Assembly (NCBI GenBank): GCA_963693365.1
Contig: CAVNZM010000011.1
Coordinates: 8,669,937 to 8,733,936 of the forward strand
DNA: 64,000 nucleotides
DNA from: Amoebidium appalachense
Taxonomy: Eukaryota; Protista; Ichthyosporea
Direction of reading: 5' to 3'
Shown: positions 41,458-63,906 of the stretch, piece after piece
How positions within the stretch are numbered: the stretch's first letter is position 1
How the letters are laid out: each line of letters begins with the position of its first letter
Position numbers and translations under genes: made by a program
The notes under the pieces: model-generated
The model's input: only the letters and a program-made list of their open reading frames with translations
What the model was told of the DNA's origin: nothing
Databases searched by the model: none

Positions 41458-41837
41458 CCCTCCCCCCCCCCCTCCCTCCCCTCCCCTCCCCCTCCCCTGG
41501 GCTCCCGCCCCTTCGTTTAAAAATTTCAACCTCACGACCATGAGAAACCCTAGGAGAGGCCTCAGGGGGGCGTTTTGAAAGGCCTAGCTACAGGGGGGAT
41601 TGACACCGAGACGGGGGAGGGGGTGTGGGTGGGGAGCGGGGGAAGGCGGGAGGGGAGGCCGGGGGTTGCTGACGTTCGTAGCCTCACATTTTCATGTATA
41701 ATAATATTATACACGGGATTCGGAGAGGCTGTGCTTCCATGCCTTCTTTATTCATGAGTGAATTGAGAGTGTAAAAACGATATACTATGAGTATATGCCA
41801 CACAGCTTAACCATTTCATTCATATTCGATAATTCCA

Positions 41838-41895
<58 letters not shown>

Positions 41896-42006
41896 TATGT
41901 GTGTATGTGTGCGTGGGTATGGTTGTGTTCGTCTCTGTGTGCTGAGCGTGTCTGTGTTCTTTCATTTGTGTGCGTGCTTGTATGACTTACGCGCGCACGT
42001 TTTGTT

Positions 42007-42094
<88 letters not shown>

Positions 42095-42198
42095 TTGTGC
42101 TCGTGTGTGTGTGTGGTTGTGCTCGTCACAGTGTGCTGAGCATTTTGTCGTCCTCATTTGTGTGCGTGCTTGTATGACTCGTGCGTGTACATTTTGTG

Positions 42199-42320
<122 letters not shown>

Positions 42321-42742
42321 TGCGTGCACGTGTGTGTGTCACGGTATGTGTGCATGTATACAGTGTATACATGTGCGTGTGTGTGTTTGTGTGTGTGTGT
42401 GTGTGCCTTTGTGTGTGTGCACATTGTGAAGGTACAAAGATCTGACAATGTGTTACTATCGTGCGGGCGCTCATGTACGTTGCCGGTCGTGTACAAATGA
42501 AATCAATACAATAAAAACTCCTTTTATTCTGTTAGTGAACATGTGTTCACTATTCATGCGCCAACATTCACATTCATTCATACCATTAACTTCTAAAACC
42601 ATTTCATACATTGAATCATCACCACATTCGATTCCTTGATAATGGCACTTTCGCAACTAATATGCATATTAGAAATGTTTACAGACATGCTTTTCTTAAA
42701 AGGCACTTTCAGAGGAAAAGAAAGGAAGATGGAGGAAGATGG

Positions 42743-42782
<40 letters not shown>

Positions 42783-42865
42783 GGGTGTCTTGGTGCATGT
42801 GGATGTGCGTGTGTTTGTGGGGGCATGGGTGGATGGTGTGTCTGTGTGTGTGTGTGTGTGTATGT

Positions 42866-42920
<55 letters not shown>

Positions 42921-43171
42921 GGAAAACAAATCATGCAAATTGACCGTTCTTTCTTGATATGACTGTGTTGCTCTTATCCCGATGGAATTCCACAAACCAA
43001 ACAAACAAAGCAAGGGGGGGGCAAAAAAAGAAAAGAAAAAGAAAATAAAAGAAAGGAAGAGGAGAAAAATGAGCCTACATACCTATCCAATTACAACGAG
43101 ACTCTATTTACAGACGGTTTTGGCGTGTCATTTCTTTTTTTTTCTTTTTTCTTTTTTTCCCCCTCAACATT

Positions 43172-51711
<8,540 letters not shown>

Positions 51712-52182
51712 AAAAGCGACTCTTTAACCAACCACACAACCTAAACCTTTTGTTAGGTGAATTACGTCACTTTTTCTTTTAGCCCCAAGTTACCCCCCAA
51801 TTTTTCGAGCGATGCTATAACCTGTTAGAGCTTTGTGCATGAGCAGTGGGGCCCGAAGCAATATTGTAACTCCTGTTTACGTATTCTAGTCTACCGTCTC
51901 GAATTAATCACAGGAGTTCACTTTTGCCCCCTTCACTCTTTCCTGGTTAGATGTTCTGTACAGAAAATGCCTTTGTAGATCTGCCCATTCCATTGTAGAT
52001 CTTCACATTCCATTTGTCAACACCCGAAATTTCCGCTCACGCACCAGTGTTCGCTGCGTTTCCCTTCCCCCAAGGCCTTGCAATTGCGAAATCCCTCCGG
52101 GACCTTTATTTTGAGTCAACTTCCTCTTCATCCCTACCCCTGCAGAGGCTCGATTCCAAATATCGGGGGAAAAAAATCTCTC

Positions 52183-52290
<108 letters not shown>

Positions 52291-52313
52291 CCTCCCTCTC
52301 TCTCTCTCTCCCT

Positions 52314-52454
<141 letters not shown>

Positions 52455-53267
52455 CAGCAGCCAGCACCATGGTTACGGAGCTGTGTGCCCTGCTGGAAAC
52501 ACCAGGACCAGCAGGGGACGTGGTCCGGTACCGAGCCTGGCAGCAGCAACACGTGACAGGCCTACCCTACCCACCCCTGCAAGCACCCCCAGCCAAACTT
52601 TACAGGCTAGGGGGAAAGCAGCTCCACAACTATTGGGCCCATATCACGGGGATCCTTCACGAGCAGCACCTGAGTATTGGGGAAACCCCCCCCAAAAAAA
52701 ACACAAGCACCCCCCCCCCCCCCCCCCCCCCCCCTCCCCCCAAGAAGAAGGAGGGGAAGCAGCAACAACAACCAGCACCCCTATCAACACCGCTTTCCCG
52801 GACCACACCTTTGCGGCCCACATCGGCCCCCACACACACCCCCGTCAACTCTACACGGTGGAGGACAACATGGTACGGCCGGTGTGTTCCGGGCGTTCCC
52901 CGAACTGCCCCACCCCCCAGACCTACTACACCCGGGAGCTACACAGTGGTACAGGTCCATCATCAAGGGGGCCATCCCCATCGCAGCCCAACTACGGCCA
53001 GCACCCAGACCACACACCCACCACACCATTGACCTCGTGGCAAACCACCCCGCCGGTGCATTCATGGTGGAAATAGTCAAGAACGGGCAATATGAACTCA
53101 GCCAGGTGGTGGCCCACACCACCCACAACGGGGAGGCTTGGGTCAAAATAGCCCATCTACGGGACAACACAGAGGAGGAGGGGCTGAGATGGCACCGACC
53201 CACGTGGAACGACCCACATGGAACAGCCCATTTCCGTTTTTGCCCCGGTGACTGCAAATACGGCCAC

Positions 53268-54032
53268 TGTTGGAGTACACTGGTACTCCCGGCTAGCAAT
53301 GTCTGTTAGAGAAAGTTTCTGAGCAATTGAATAATTGTTTCAACACTCACTCGAGTGCATAGAGCTTTTGTTTACGGTCATATTCATATATGGTAGTTAT
53401 ATGTTTGAGCCGAAACTGTACCAATGACGAGCTTCACTAGCAACGTGCTAATTGTGCTCATTAATTAATATTCCCGGTTCAGATGATGTCATGTCTATAT
53501 TTGCCACAGGATTCTATTCTTAGAGTGGTAGTGTGCTTTATTCCCGGATATTCTCAGAATATTTTTAGTTGTGTGAAGTAAGATTTACGTTTAACTGCAA
53601 TTGGTGTGTTAAACACGTTTATTTGTGTGCTTTAGTGCAAGTTAACTAGCCACTCAACGTGCACAGTTAACTTTTATATCTTTAACGACTTGTTTTCATT
53701 GTGCTCTCTTTTCGGCCATGCTGTACATGGCCCACCACCAGGGTGCACACGAGGCCACCACGAGGTGGCCAACGACTATATAAAGCAGTGCCTCCCATGT
53801 CACAAACATGGGAAGCAGAACGTTTGATTTACACTTTTCTACTGTCGTTTTCAGTGCACAAAACACATAGACAAGCTACCCATCATACACGACACTATGT
53901 CTGACAACTTACAGTTGCAGCAACTAGTCCAACTACTGGAGCAGAGGTTGGCCTCACAAGATGCAATCATTTCTGACTTACAGAAGGAACAACGTGCACT
54001 AGAACTAGCTTCTATGAACACGATGTCCAACA
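53268..54032 (+). repeat. Copia 5' LTR (765 bp), TATA box at ~53778
   Basis: Direct repeat of 58374-59138; CTATATAAAG about 120 bp upstream of the gag ATG. Confidence 0.97.
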
Positions 54033-57000
54033 GGGTTATGGGCCCCTCACGTAATGATTCCATCAAGTTCAAGGTCGACATCCCTCTCTTCACTGGCATT
54101 GATAATGATTCAGGCACGGACTACCACACATGGGCCGAAACCATGTATGTCCAGCTTTCTGGTGCTGGTCTTCTCCACACCATCGCGCCCAGTACGGAGC
54201 ACCCGGCTACCCGTGAACAGGTCGACACTGCCCGTTCCTACCTGTGGCAAGCACTCTCGGTTGACGTGCGTTGTATCCTAGGGTTAACACGCACCACCAC
54301 ACCTGCGGAGATATGGTCGGCCCTATCTGCCCACTACCTGGAGCAATCTGAGGCCAATCAGTACGACCTTATCGGGCTGTACATGAATTCTACGCCTGAA
54401 CCTACGGACACCGCGACGAAATACGCCATGAAGCTCCGCGGCTACGTGCGGCGCCTGGCCGATTACGGCACACAAATTGGTGATGCTCAAGTGCTGACCA
54501 AGCTCACCAACGACCTCGGCAAGGTGCCTTACTACGAAATGCCTGTCATTGCCTACAAGATGACACCCAAGCCTACCGTAATGGGCCTCCTCCAACAGCT
54601 ACGGGCATATGAGACCAGCCACCCACGTGCACGTGTGACTACCAGCTCCGGGCCGGCCGCCTTCACCACACGGGCTCCTCAACCTGTCATCTGCCACGGC
54701 TGCGGCAAACCAGGCCACATCAAGTCTCAGTGCCCCAACGGCAACGGCCAACACAGCAACTCTGGCAACAACCGTGCCAGCACCTACCCCAAGGGTTACT
54801 GCGTCAACCACCCACTGTCTACCAGTCACACTACCGCCATGTGCAAGGGGGGCAACCGTGCCAACGGCCGCAAACCTAAGGGTGGTCCCCTCCCGCCTGG
54901 GTCCTGCATCAACCACCCTGCCTCTACTACCCACACTACGGCACAGTGCAAGGGGGGGCTGCCGCTCCCCGGGCTTTCCTCATGTCTAGCAACGACTGTG
55001 GCACCAACAAGGTGCTCCTCGACTCTGGAGCCACTGACCATGTGTGCCCCCGGCCCGATGTGTTCGTCAACATGCGTGCGGCGCCTTACTCCACGGTCCA
55101 AGTAGCCGACAAGGGTGCATGTGCAGTGCTTGGGGTGGGCGACGTGTTCTTTTCCAGCACCATCGACGGCGTTACTGCGGTGCATCAGCTGACGGATGTA
55201 CTCTACGTGCCCTCCATCCCCGACACTCTCATCAGTGTGTTCACGGCATCTACCAACGGCGATTTACCCCGCTTTGACACCCGCGGCGGCGTTAAGTTGT
55301 GCTACGGCGATCAAATTCTGGCCACCGGCTCGGCTGTCGGCACCAAGCTGTACCACATGGCGGTGTCTCTTCTGCGCGCGGACACAACCCCGGACGCCCA
55401 AACCACCACTGCTCCGCGTATCCTCAAGGTTACTGCCGACCTCAACACGTGGCACTACCGTCTGGGCCATGCTGGCATTGACGCTGTACGCTCGGTCATC
55501 AAGTCTGCAGGCCTGTTGGTGGGTGGCGGTGCCAAGTCTCCGGGTGTGTGTGAGCCCTGTGCCCTCGGCAAAGCCCACCGTGTTGCCTTCTCCGAATCAA
55601 CCAGCCAAGCTCCCCGGGTCCTAGCCAAGGTTCACAGCGACATCAGCGGCCCCTTCCCTCCCGCGATCGGTGGTGCTCAGTACTTGGCGACGTTCCACGA
55701 CGACTTCACCGGCCACACCACGGCCGTGCCCCTCGTCAAGAAGTCAGACACACTGGCTGCATATGTGACGTACCACAAGGCGGCGGTTACCCAACACGGT
55801 GTTCCCATGCAGGTGTTTCAGTCCGACGGGGGGGCGAGTACATGGGCACGGCCTTCGGGGACTACAACCGTGAGCACGGCATTCGCCATCAGATCACTAC
55901 CACCGGCTCTCCTCAACAGAATGGGACTGCCGAACGACTGAACCGGACCCTCCTCGACATGGTTCGGGCACTCCTGCAGCAGTCCGGCCTTCCGGTGGGA
56001 TTCTGGGCCGAGGCAGCTGTGACCGCGGCTTTTATACGCAACATGCTCCCGTCGCGAGCCACCGGCAGCCAATCGTCTCCCGCCCTGCTGTGGCATTCCT
56101 CCCGACTACAGCCGGCTCCGTGTCTGGGGCTCTCCCTGCTACGTCCATCAACAGGATACACCGAAACTGGCGCCTCGTGCCGTCAAGGGCATCTTCGTGG
56201 GCTACCCTCCTAACATCAAGGGCTACAAGGTCTGGATTCCAGCAGCACACAAGATGACCGTCAGCCGTGACGTGCAGTTCGACGAGGCTGCTATTCTGCA
56301 CCCCCTCCGTGATGTCCCATCTGATTGGTCGACCGCACCGGCAATTCATCATTTTTTGGAGTCATCTGATTCGTCAAATCAGCCAGCCAATCACATCGTC
56401 CGGAATGATCAGCAATCTGATTCGTCTCGTCTGTCAGCCAATGGGACAGCGCCGAGTGATCAATTGGACATTCCGATCCTGCCCGAGCCTGCACATCGGC
56501 TCCCTCGGACGACCCGTAGTGGCGCTGTGTACAACGACCAACGTCGAGGCCCGACTGCCAACGTGGCTGCTGCTACGGCCCCCCTTGCCTCCCAGGCTAC
56601 GGCTCCTGCATCAACACCCATCAAGGCTTCCACCATTGTTGTCCCCAAGACTGTCCGGGCTGCACTCAAGAGTCCCCAGCGTCTGAAATGGGAGGAGGCT
56701 GCACACCGTGAGCTCAAGGCCCTGGAAGACAACGGCACCTTCACCCTTGTGCCCCGTCCAGAGGATGGCTCCACTGTCATTCCGGTCGGCTGGGTCTTTA
56801 CGGTCAAGCAGGACAACGTCGGCAACGTCACTGCTTTCAAGGCCCGGCTTGTGGCCCGGGGCAACTACCAGCAGCCTGGCCAGGACTATTTCGTCACCGA
56901 GTCACCTGTGGCTGCGCTGGCTACCATCCGGCTGGTTTTGGCTACCTCCGTGGCCCAAGGTCTGCCTCTGCGCCACATCGACGTCAACACAGCATTCCTC

Positions 57001-58188
57001 AACGGCACCGTCAACGAGACCATCTACATTGAGCAGCCCCCTGGCTTCGTCAACCCCTCGGCCCCCCATGCTGTCGGCTTGCTCCACAAGGCGCTCTACG
57101 GCCTAAAACAGGCACCGCGCCAGTGGTATGAGGCCCTCCGTGACCATCTCCTCGACCAAGGCTTCATTGTGAGTGCTGCTGACCCGTGCCTGTTCATCAA
57201 GAATGCCGGGACCCCAACGTTTATTGCCCTTGCTGCCTACGTGGATGACTTCACCGTGACGGCCGCCACTGATGCGCTCATCGACGATTTTTTCACCAAG
57301 CTGGATGCTCGTTTCTCTGCCAAGGACCTGGGTCGTCCTACCCTGCTCATCGGGCACACTCTTACCTGGCTGGAGGACGGGTCTCTGCGTCTGGGCCATC
57401 GTCAACACATCATCGACTTGGCTGCCCGTTTTCGTCTCACCCACATGTCCGGCACCAAGACCCCCATCGTCCCGGGCCAGGCCAGTGAAAGCAACAAGAC
57501 CCCAGCCCACAGCAAGAAGGAGGACTATGCGAGCCTGGTCGGTGCCCTGCTGTGGATTGCGCGTACCACCCGCCCCGACATTTCCCAGGCTCTGGGAGTC
57601 CTTACTCGACACATTCATGCGCCCACCGTCACCCACTGGACTATGGCTACCAGAGTTGTAAGCTACCTGCTGGCCACCATCGACCTGGGTATTGTCTACC
57701 GTCCCGGCCCCCCCACCCTTGTTGGCTACTCCGACTCCGACTACGCCGAGGACCGCGACACCCGGCGCTCCACCACGGGCTATGTCTTCTTCATCAACTC
57801 CTCCCCTGTGTCCTGGGTGTCTCGGCTCCAGTCCATCACCACCCACAGCTCCACTGAGGCTGAATTTGTGGCCATGTCTGCTGCTACGAACGAGGCCATA
57901 TGGCTCAACTATGTGATGGACGACCTGGGCCTTAATCCTATCGATGAGCCCACCCCGGTGCCCATCCATGGGGACAATGAGTCTGCCCGGGCCCTGCTGG
58001 ACACCCTGGGGGTTAAGCCCAAGACCAAGCACATCGACGTCCGCTACTGCTCCGTCAAGGAACATCACCTGCTGGGCAACATCACTGTGGTCCCGGTGGC
58101 TTCTACTGACAACAAGGCCGACATGTTCACCAAGGCCCTGTCTGCCTCTTTCTTCACCAAGGCCGTGGGGATGCTCAACATGTGCTGA
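53897..58188 (+). CDS. Copia gag-pol polyprotein, broken by three frame changes in this assembly
   Basis: CHGCGKPGHIKSQC knuckle; protease LLDSGATDH; integrase WHYRLGH...CEPC, HSDISGP, SDGG(GEY), ERLNR, GYPPNIKGY; RT FKARLVARG, ALYGLKQAPRQW, AYVDD; RNase H YSDSDY, STEAE, GDN, KHID, ADMFTK. Frame changes at G7 54952-58, G7 55828-34 and ~56090. Confidence 0.93.
54034..54045 (+). promoter_or_regulatory. Primer-binding site GGTTATGGGCCC (initiator tRNA-Met half-molecule type)
   Basis: Lies 1 nt after the 5' LTR and matches the PBS type of Drosophila copia, which pairs with the tRNAiMet anticodon region. Confidence 0.9.
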
Positions 58189-58360
58189 GCACCCGTCATC
58201 AACCAACTGCGCCCTCATACTTCAGGGGGGGGAGAGAGTTGCATCCGACTGTGCAACTACGTGTACCATACTAAAATTGAGTAGGGGAATCTTTATTGTC
58301 TGTATTTTGTGCACCTGAAGCACTCGAGCTCAGTTGCATTAATTCATACCACAATTATCC

Positions 58361-58373
58361 AATTGAGTAGGGG
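58361..58373 (+). promoter_or_regulatory. Polypurine tract region AATTGAGTAGGGG abutting the 3' LTR
   Basis: Immediately 5' of TGTTGGA; an identical 13-mer occurs at ~58275-58287. Confidence 0.8.
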
Positions 58374-59138
58374 TGTTGGAGTACACTGGTACTCCCGGCT
58401 AGCAATGTCTGTTAGAGAAAGTTTCTGAGCAATTGAATAATTGTTTCAACACTCACTCGAGTGCATAGAGCTTTTGTTTACGGTCATATTCATATATGGT
58501 AGTTATATGTTTGAGCCGAAACTGTACCAATGACGAGCTTCACTAGCAACGTGCTAATTGTGCTCATTAATTAATATTCCCGGTTCAGATGATGTCATGT
58601 CTATATTTGCCACAGGATTCTATTCTTAGAGTGGTAGTGTGCTTTATTCCCGGATATTCTCAGAATATTTTTAGTTGTGTGAAGTAAGATTTACGTTTAA
58701 CTGCAATTGGTGTGTTAAACACGTTTATTTGTGTGCTTTAGTGCAAGTTAACTAGCCACTCAACGTGCACAGTTAACTTTTATATCTTTAACGACTTGTT
58801 TTCATTGTGCTCTCTTTTCGGCCATGCCGTACATGGCCCACCACCAGGGTGCACACGAGGCCACCATGAGGTGGCCAACGACTATATAAAGCAGTGCCTC
58901 CAATGTCACAAACATGGGAAGCAGAACGTTTGATTTACACTTTTCTACTGTCGTTTTCAGTGCACAAAACACATAGACAAGCTACCCATCATACACGACA
59001 CTATGTCTGACAACTTACAGTTGCAGCAACTAGTCCAACTACTGGAGCAGAGGTTGGCCTCACAAGATGCAATCATTTCTGACTTACAGAAGGAACAACG
59101 TGCACTAGAACTAGCTTCTATGAACACGATGTCCAACA
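58374..59138 (+). repeat. Copia 3' LTR (765 bp)
   Basis: Direct repeat of 53268-54032, followed by TSD GCCAC. Confidence 0.97.
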
Positions 59139-61624
59139 GCCACTCCCCATGGAACCTGGCCTACACCCCGGCCACCCTCTCTCCCAGCCAGCCCCGGGTA
59201 CGCAGACGGAGAGGGGGAAGGGTCAGACACGGAGCCAGAATCGGAGTCAATGGGGCCCAGCGACGACTCCGACGACTCAGAGGACTCTAGCACCGACAGC
59301 ACCAACAGCAAATACGAGCCCTCTGAGCCCCCAGCCGATAACCACACCCACAACAAGCAGTGTGTGGGGTTGACCCGTGCTGTGGAGGTGATACGGGCAG
59401 ACCCCTACGTGGCCTTCAAGACCCGAATCACCACCCACATGGTAGTCCCGAAGTACCACAAGGACTTCATCAACACCGACAGTATCGACATCTACCAAGT
59501 CATCGCACTGAAGGATGGCTCCGATCCGGCCGAGCAGTGGAGGAAGATACACCATTTTCGGCGGCATCTTCCCCCCCACCAACAGGGATCACCCCAGATG
59601 CTCCACCTGCAAGCCAACGAGGAGGCCACACCCTTGCCGGGGGACCTCCCCGGCCCACCAACCCCCCAGCAGCCACCACCGGTAGGGTCAACACCATGAC
59701 ACAAGTGCACGGCCCACCCGGCTGACCTGCCGAGCCCACCCACTCCCCGTAGGCTCACCTACACCGACTTGGTGCCCCAGGCCACCTATGACGAGTGGCA
59801 GCAGCAAATCACCCTGATCCCCCCAGACCAACCGATCTGTTTATACGGACGGCAGTCTCATCCACCCGGGCAGGAGGATAGCCCAGGCCGGAGCCGGGGA
59901 TGTGCTGGACACCCCGGACCGGAAAGCACCACCACACCAGTGACGGCCAAGACCAGGCTCCATACGGCCCTATCATCCACCCAAGCCGAACTCACGGGGG
60001 TACTACTAGCCCTCCTGCTCACCCCCACCACCACCCCCATCCACATCAAGCTCGATAACCTCGGAGTAGTCGACCGATGGACGGCAAATATGGACCCCAC
60101 CACACCCCCTCGACGTAAGCTAAAGTTCCCCCACATAGTGGAATGGGCTCACGTACGAGACCAACTCTCCCTACGGCAACCAGGCTCTGTGCAGGTATCG
60201 TGGGTGAAGGGGCACCAATCCAACACCAAACGGTATGGTCAACGAAATAACGAGGCAGACAAGGCAGCCAATGCAGGAAGAGCCCTCCCCCTCCCCCCCC
60301 CCCCTACCTCCGGCCCCGGGGGGGGGGGGAAATACTTCCTACGACTACAAGGCCACCGTATCCCCGGCAACATTCCCGGTACACTCAACCGGTTGAACAA
60401 GGACTTCCTCACCGACATGGCCGGCAAGACCAAGGCTATGTCCATACTAGCCGACCCCAGACTGCTCCCAGCCGAACGAAACCCCCTCAAGCTCAACAAG
60501 GGGCCCGCACAGGCAACCATCGGGGCCGTCAGAGGCAACATTCGTAGCCTGTCCCTGGCTATGGGCACCCTGCCTACCATGACACGGCTACACCGAGATC
60601 ACCCCACCGTCGTTACACAGCCCACATGCCCCCGGTGCAGCCAGCACTCTGAGACCACCACCCACCTCTGGGCCTGCCCGGCCCATGCCGGGGAGGTCCC
60701 CACCCTGACCACGGCCATCACAGCCTGCATCCACAACGTCCTGCACACTCGTCATCCAAACACCCCCACGGCACAGCACCACCATACGGCAGCCACGGTG
60801 GTAGACCAATGTGCATGGATAAACTGGATAGCAGGCAACGGTGGCCCACCAGACCCCGAAGACATCGTGGGTCGAACGGAGATTCTGCCCACGATCGGGG
60901 GGCCCACTACTTGCAGCCACCGGCACCACCAAGACCACCACCCGGGCCATCTTAGGAAAAATCACAGTAGAGTTGCAGTCCCTTTTCTTTTCAAAAATTT
61001 GGCACCCACGGAACACAACACTCCCCCCCACCCACCCCAAAATGCAAAAACACCACCATATACCCACCACCCGTAGAAAGAAAATTATGGCTCCCCAAAA
61101 ACCCAAGACACCAACAAATACACCCCCCACACACACCCGGTCAGCCTGTTCTGACTGCCGGAACACACACAGACCCAGTGTGCCCTGCAAGACCCACCTT
61201 TTACACAAAGACATCGCCACAACATACGTACAACTTACACATAATGTTAGGCAGCAACCCCCTCCCCCCCCACCACCACACCCCATCATCCACCCATACC
61301 CACCGTAAATACTATACACAACACGTAGGACTTCCCAATACTGTAGATCGACCAATGAGAGCCCTCGGTTAACGTTTAATGCTAGGTTTTGAATGGAGGG
61401 GAGGACTGGAGCCTCCTGCCGGCGTGGCTGGGGTAGTAGCCCTGGGCAAAGTGTGTACTTATAGTTAGGTTGTGAAGGATGGTTTAGCTTAGCTGAATTC
61501 ATAGATAGCACCTTAACTAGTGTACTGTCGGTGCTGTGTGGTAGACGGTAGTTTCCCTAGAGGGCCTGAAAAGGCCCTCCGGGAACAAAACGTGTTAAAA
61601 TAAAATAATAATAATAATAATAAA

Positions 61625-61712
<88 letters not shown>

Positions 61713-62212
61713 GCTATAGCTATAACTAGGCTTTCTCTTTTTTTTCTAGCTAGCTTCTACAAACACATGTGCACGCACTACGTACAAGCAGGCACAAAAT
61801 ATGATGATGTGCATATGCAGTGCGAAACGTCGTACTCGACCCCCCACACACACACATTCGCGCAGGTGTATCTCTCAGCCTGACTTTCGGCGAGATTCCC
61901 TTTGACTGTGCTATCCGGGCCGGGCCCGTTAGTTGTAGAACCGGCCCGGGAGTCCCCCCTCCCTCTAACCCCCCCCCCCCCCCCCCCCCCCACCCCCCGG
62001 CGGAGAACTATCATTTTTCGAAAGTTTTACTGTGACGTTTAACACTATAACGCACCTATCTATAGCACATCGCGTTATGCGGTGCACTGTGTGGGTGCGT
62101 CTCTGTGCTGTACAGCAATTTGAAAAGGGTTGCAGCAGTGCATGCCTTATCATGGCATGGTACACGCTTGTACATGTGTATGGTTGCCTGCACGTATACG
62201 TACACAAGTGTG

Positions 62213-62279
<67 letters not shown>

Positions 62280-62326
62280 ACACTTGCACACACACACAAA
62301 TGTATACACACCGGCGCGCCCGCGCC

Positions 62327-62374
<48 letters not shown>

Positions 62375-63389
62375 TATATACACACACATGCACACACACG
62401 CACACTCCCCACCCACCAAAAAAAAAAGAAAAAAAAAACTTTTAAAAAAACTTGAAAAAATTGGAACCACGAATAAACTTCAGTCTTCACGTCTCACAAT
62501 GAAAATTTGACGATGCACACATCGTTTCACCGTTTCCTTTGCTTTTATTGATTTGTTGGTATAAGAAACACATATACACGCCCTGCCAGTACCACGATCA
62601 AATCAAAGTCTTTCCACCAACATGCTTTCAGATTGCCTAATTTGAGAATAACACTAGTGCAAACATATGGAAATAGTGACACACATGTTCAATCATCTCA
62701 TGTAGGCGCAATGATTCAGAGTGCAAGTTTGCGCAACCATTTAGCGGTGCGCGTAAACAAAAACATGAATACAAGATATAACACAACATTCTGCAATTAT
62801 TATGAGTGGCGCTCTGCCCACACAAACAACAGGTACTATGTTCTAGAATCTTGAAAACCCCCCAAGATCACACATACCACCCTCACAACGTGCTGTTGTG
62901 TTTCGGAAAAAAAATCAACTATCACTATAGTAACTCCCCTCCACCCCATCCACCCCTTTCGAAAATCTCAGCCCAAACCCCCCCCCCCCCCCCGTAAATC
63001 GTAACAAACGGGCGGTACCTAGCAGGGGTAGGGTGGCAGGCTAAAAATAAGATTCTCCGAATTTATGATTCTAGCGTTAGAATTTTTGAGAAAATTCAAG
63101 GCCAGATTCTAGTTGGCTAGGACCCTCTGTAAATTCGTCTGAAAATTGTGATAATTTCACTTTATCCTCAGGGCACATAGGGGGGTTCATACCACACATA
63201 AGGGGGAAAAAAAAAAAAAAAAGAGCAAAAAAAGGAAAAACGGGACCCTTTTGAGTGGGAAGATAGTTCTATGCCCATATATGGGATAAAGGTAAGGGCT
63301 ATGATTGGCTGGGCATTCGGGAATCGGAATGGTCATCTTCTTCACATGCAACCTCCAACTCACTGTGTGTGTGTTTGTTGTGTGGTGGT

Positions 63390-63457
<68 letters not shown>

Positions 63458-63564
63458 TTGTGTGAGGTGTGTGTGTGTGTATGCGAGAGCATGCGCGCGC
63501 ATGTGGGAGGGTGGGGGATGGGTGGGTGGGTGGGTGGGTGGGTGGGCGGGCGGGCGGGCGGGCA

Positions 63565-63603
<39 letters not shown>

Positions 63604-63604
63604 G

Positions 63605-63860
63605 TGTTAGAAGATTTAAAACATGGAGGAAACACAAGAGGACAAAACACAAAACTAAATACTCCGAATCGACCAACCGAAAAAAAAAAAGGGGGGGGGG
63701 GGGGGGGCGGAAACATCAGAACAGAGCCCATCATCAGGGGATTACCTATGCCCCCACAAAAGCATGGGTTTGGACTCCCTAACCTCGCGCCTGGTTCCCA
63801 ACACATACTTTGCTTTAACAACCGCGTTGAATCGGGCGAGTCAACCTTATTGGCTAAACC
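63605..63860 (-). repeat. Minus-strand copy of the dispersed CTGATGA-containing repeat
   Basis: Reverse complement reads GGGAGTCCAAACCCATGCTTTTGTGGGGGCATAGGTAATCCCCTGATGATGGGCTCTGTTC and aligns with 33900-34100. Confidence 0.85.
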
Positions 63861-63873
63861 CCCCCCCCCCCCT

Positions 63874-63906
<33 letters not shown>

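Larger units (their letters stand above)
53268..59138 (+). mobile_element. Full-length Ty1/copia LTR retrotransposon, recent insertion
   Basis: Two 765-bp LTRs with TGTTGGA...TCCAACA termini; 5-bp TSD GCCAC (53263-67 and 59139-43); domain order gag-PR-IN-RT-RH; about 3 mismatches seen between the LTRs. Confidence 0.98.

Noticed and set aside
57103-58218. 371-aa antisense ORF within copia pol, and similar antisense ORFs in the LINEs
   Set aside because: Expected shadow of GC-rich codon usage on the coding strand; no recognisable domain.
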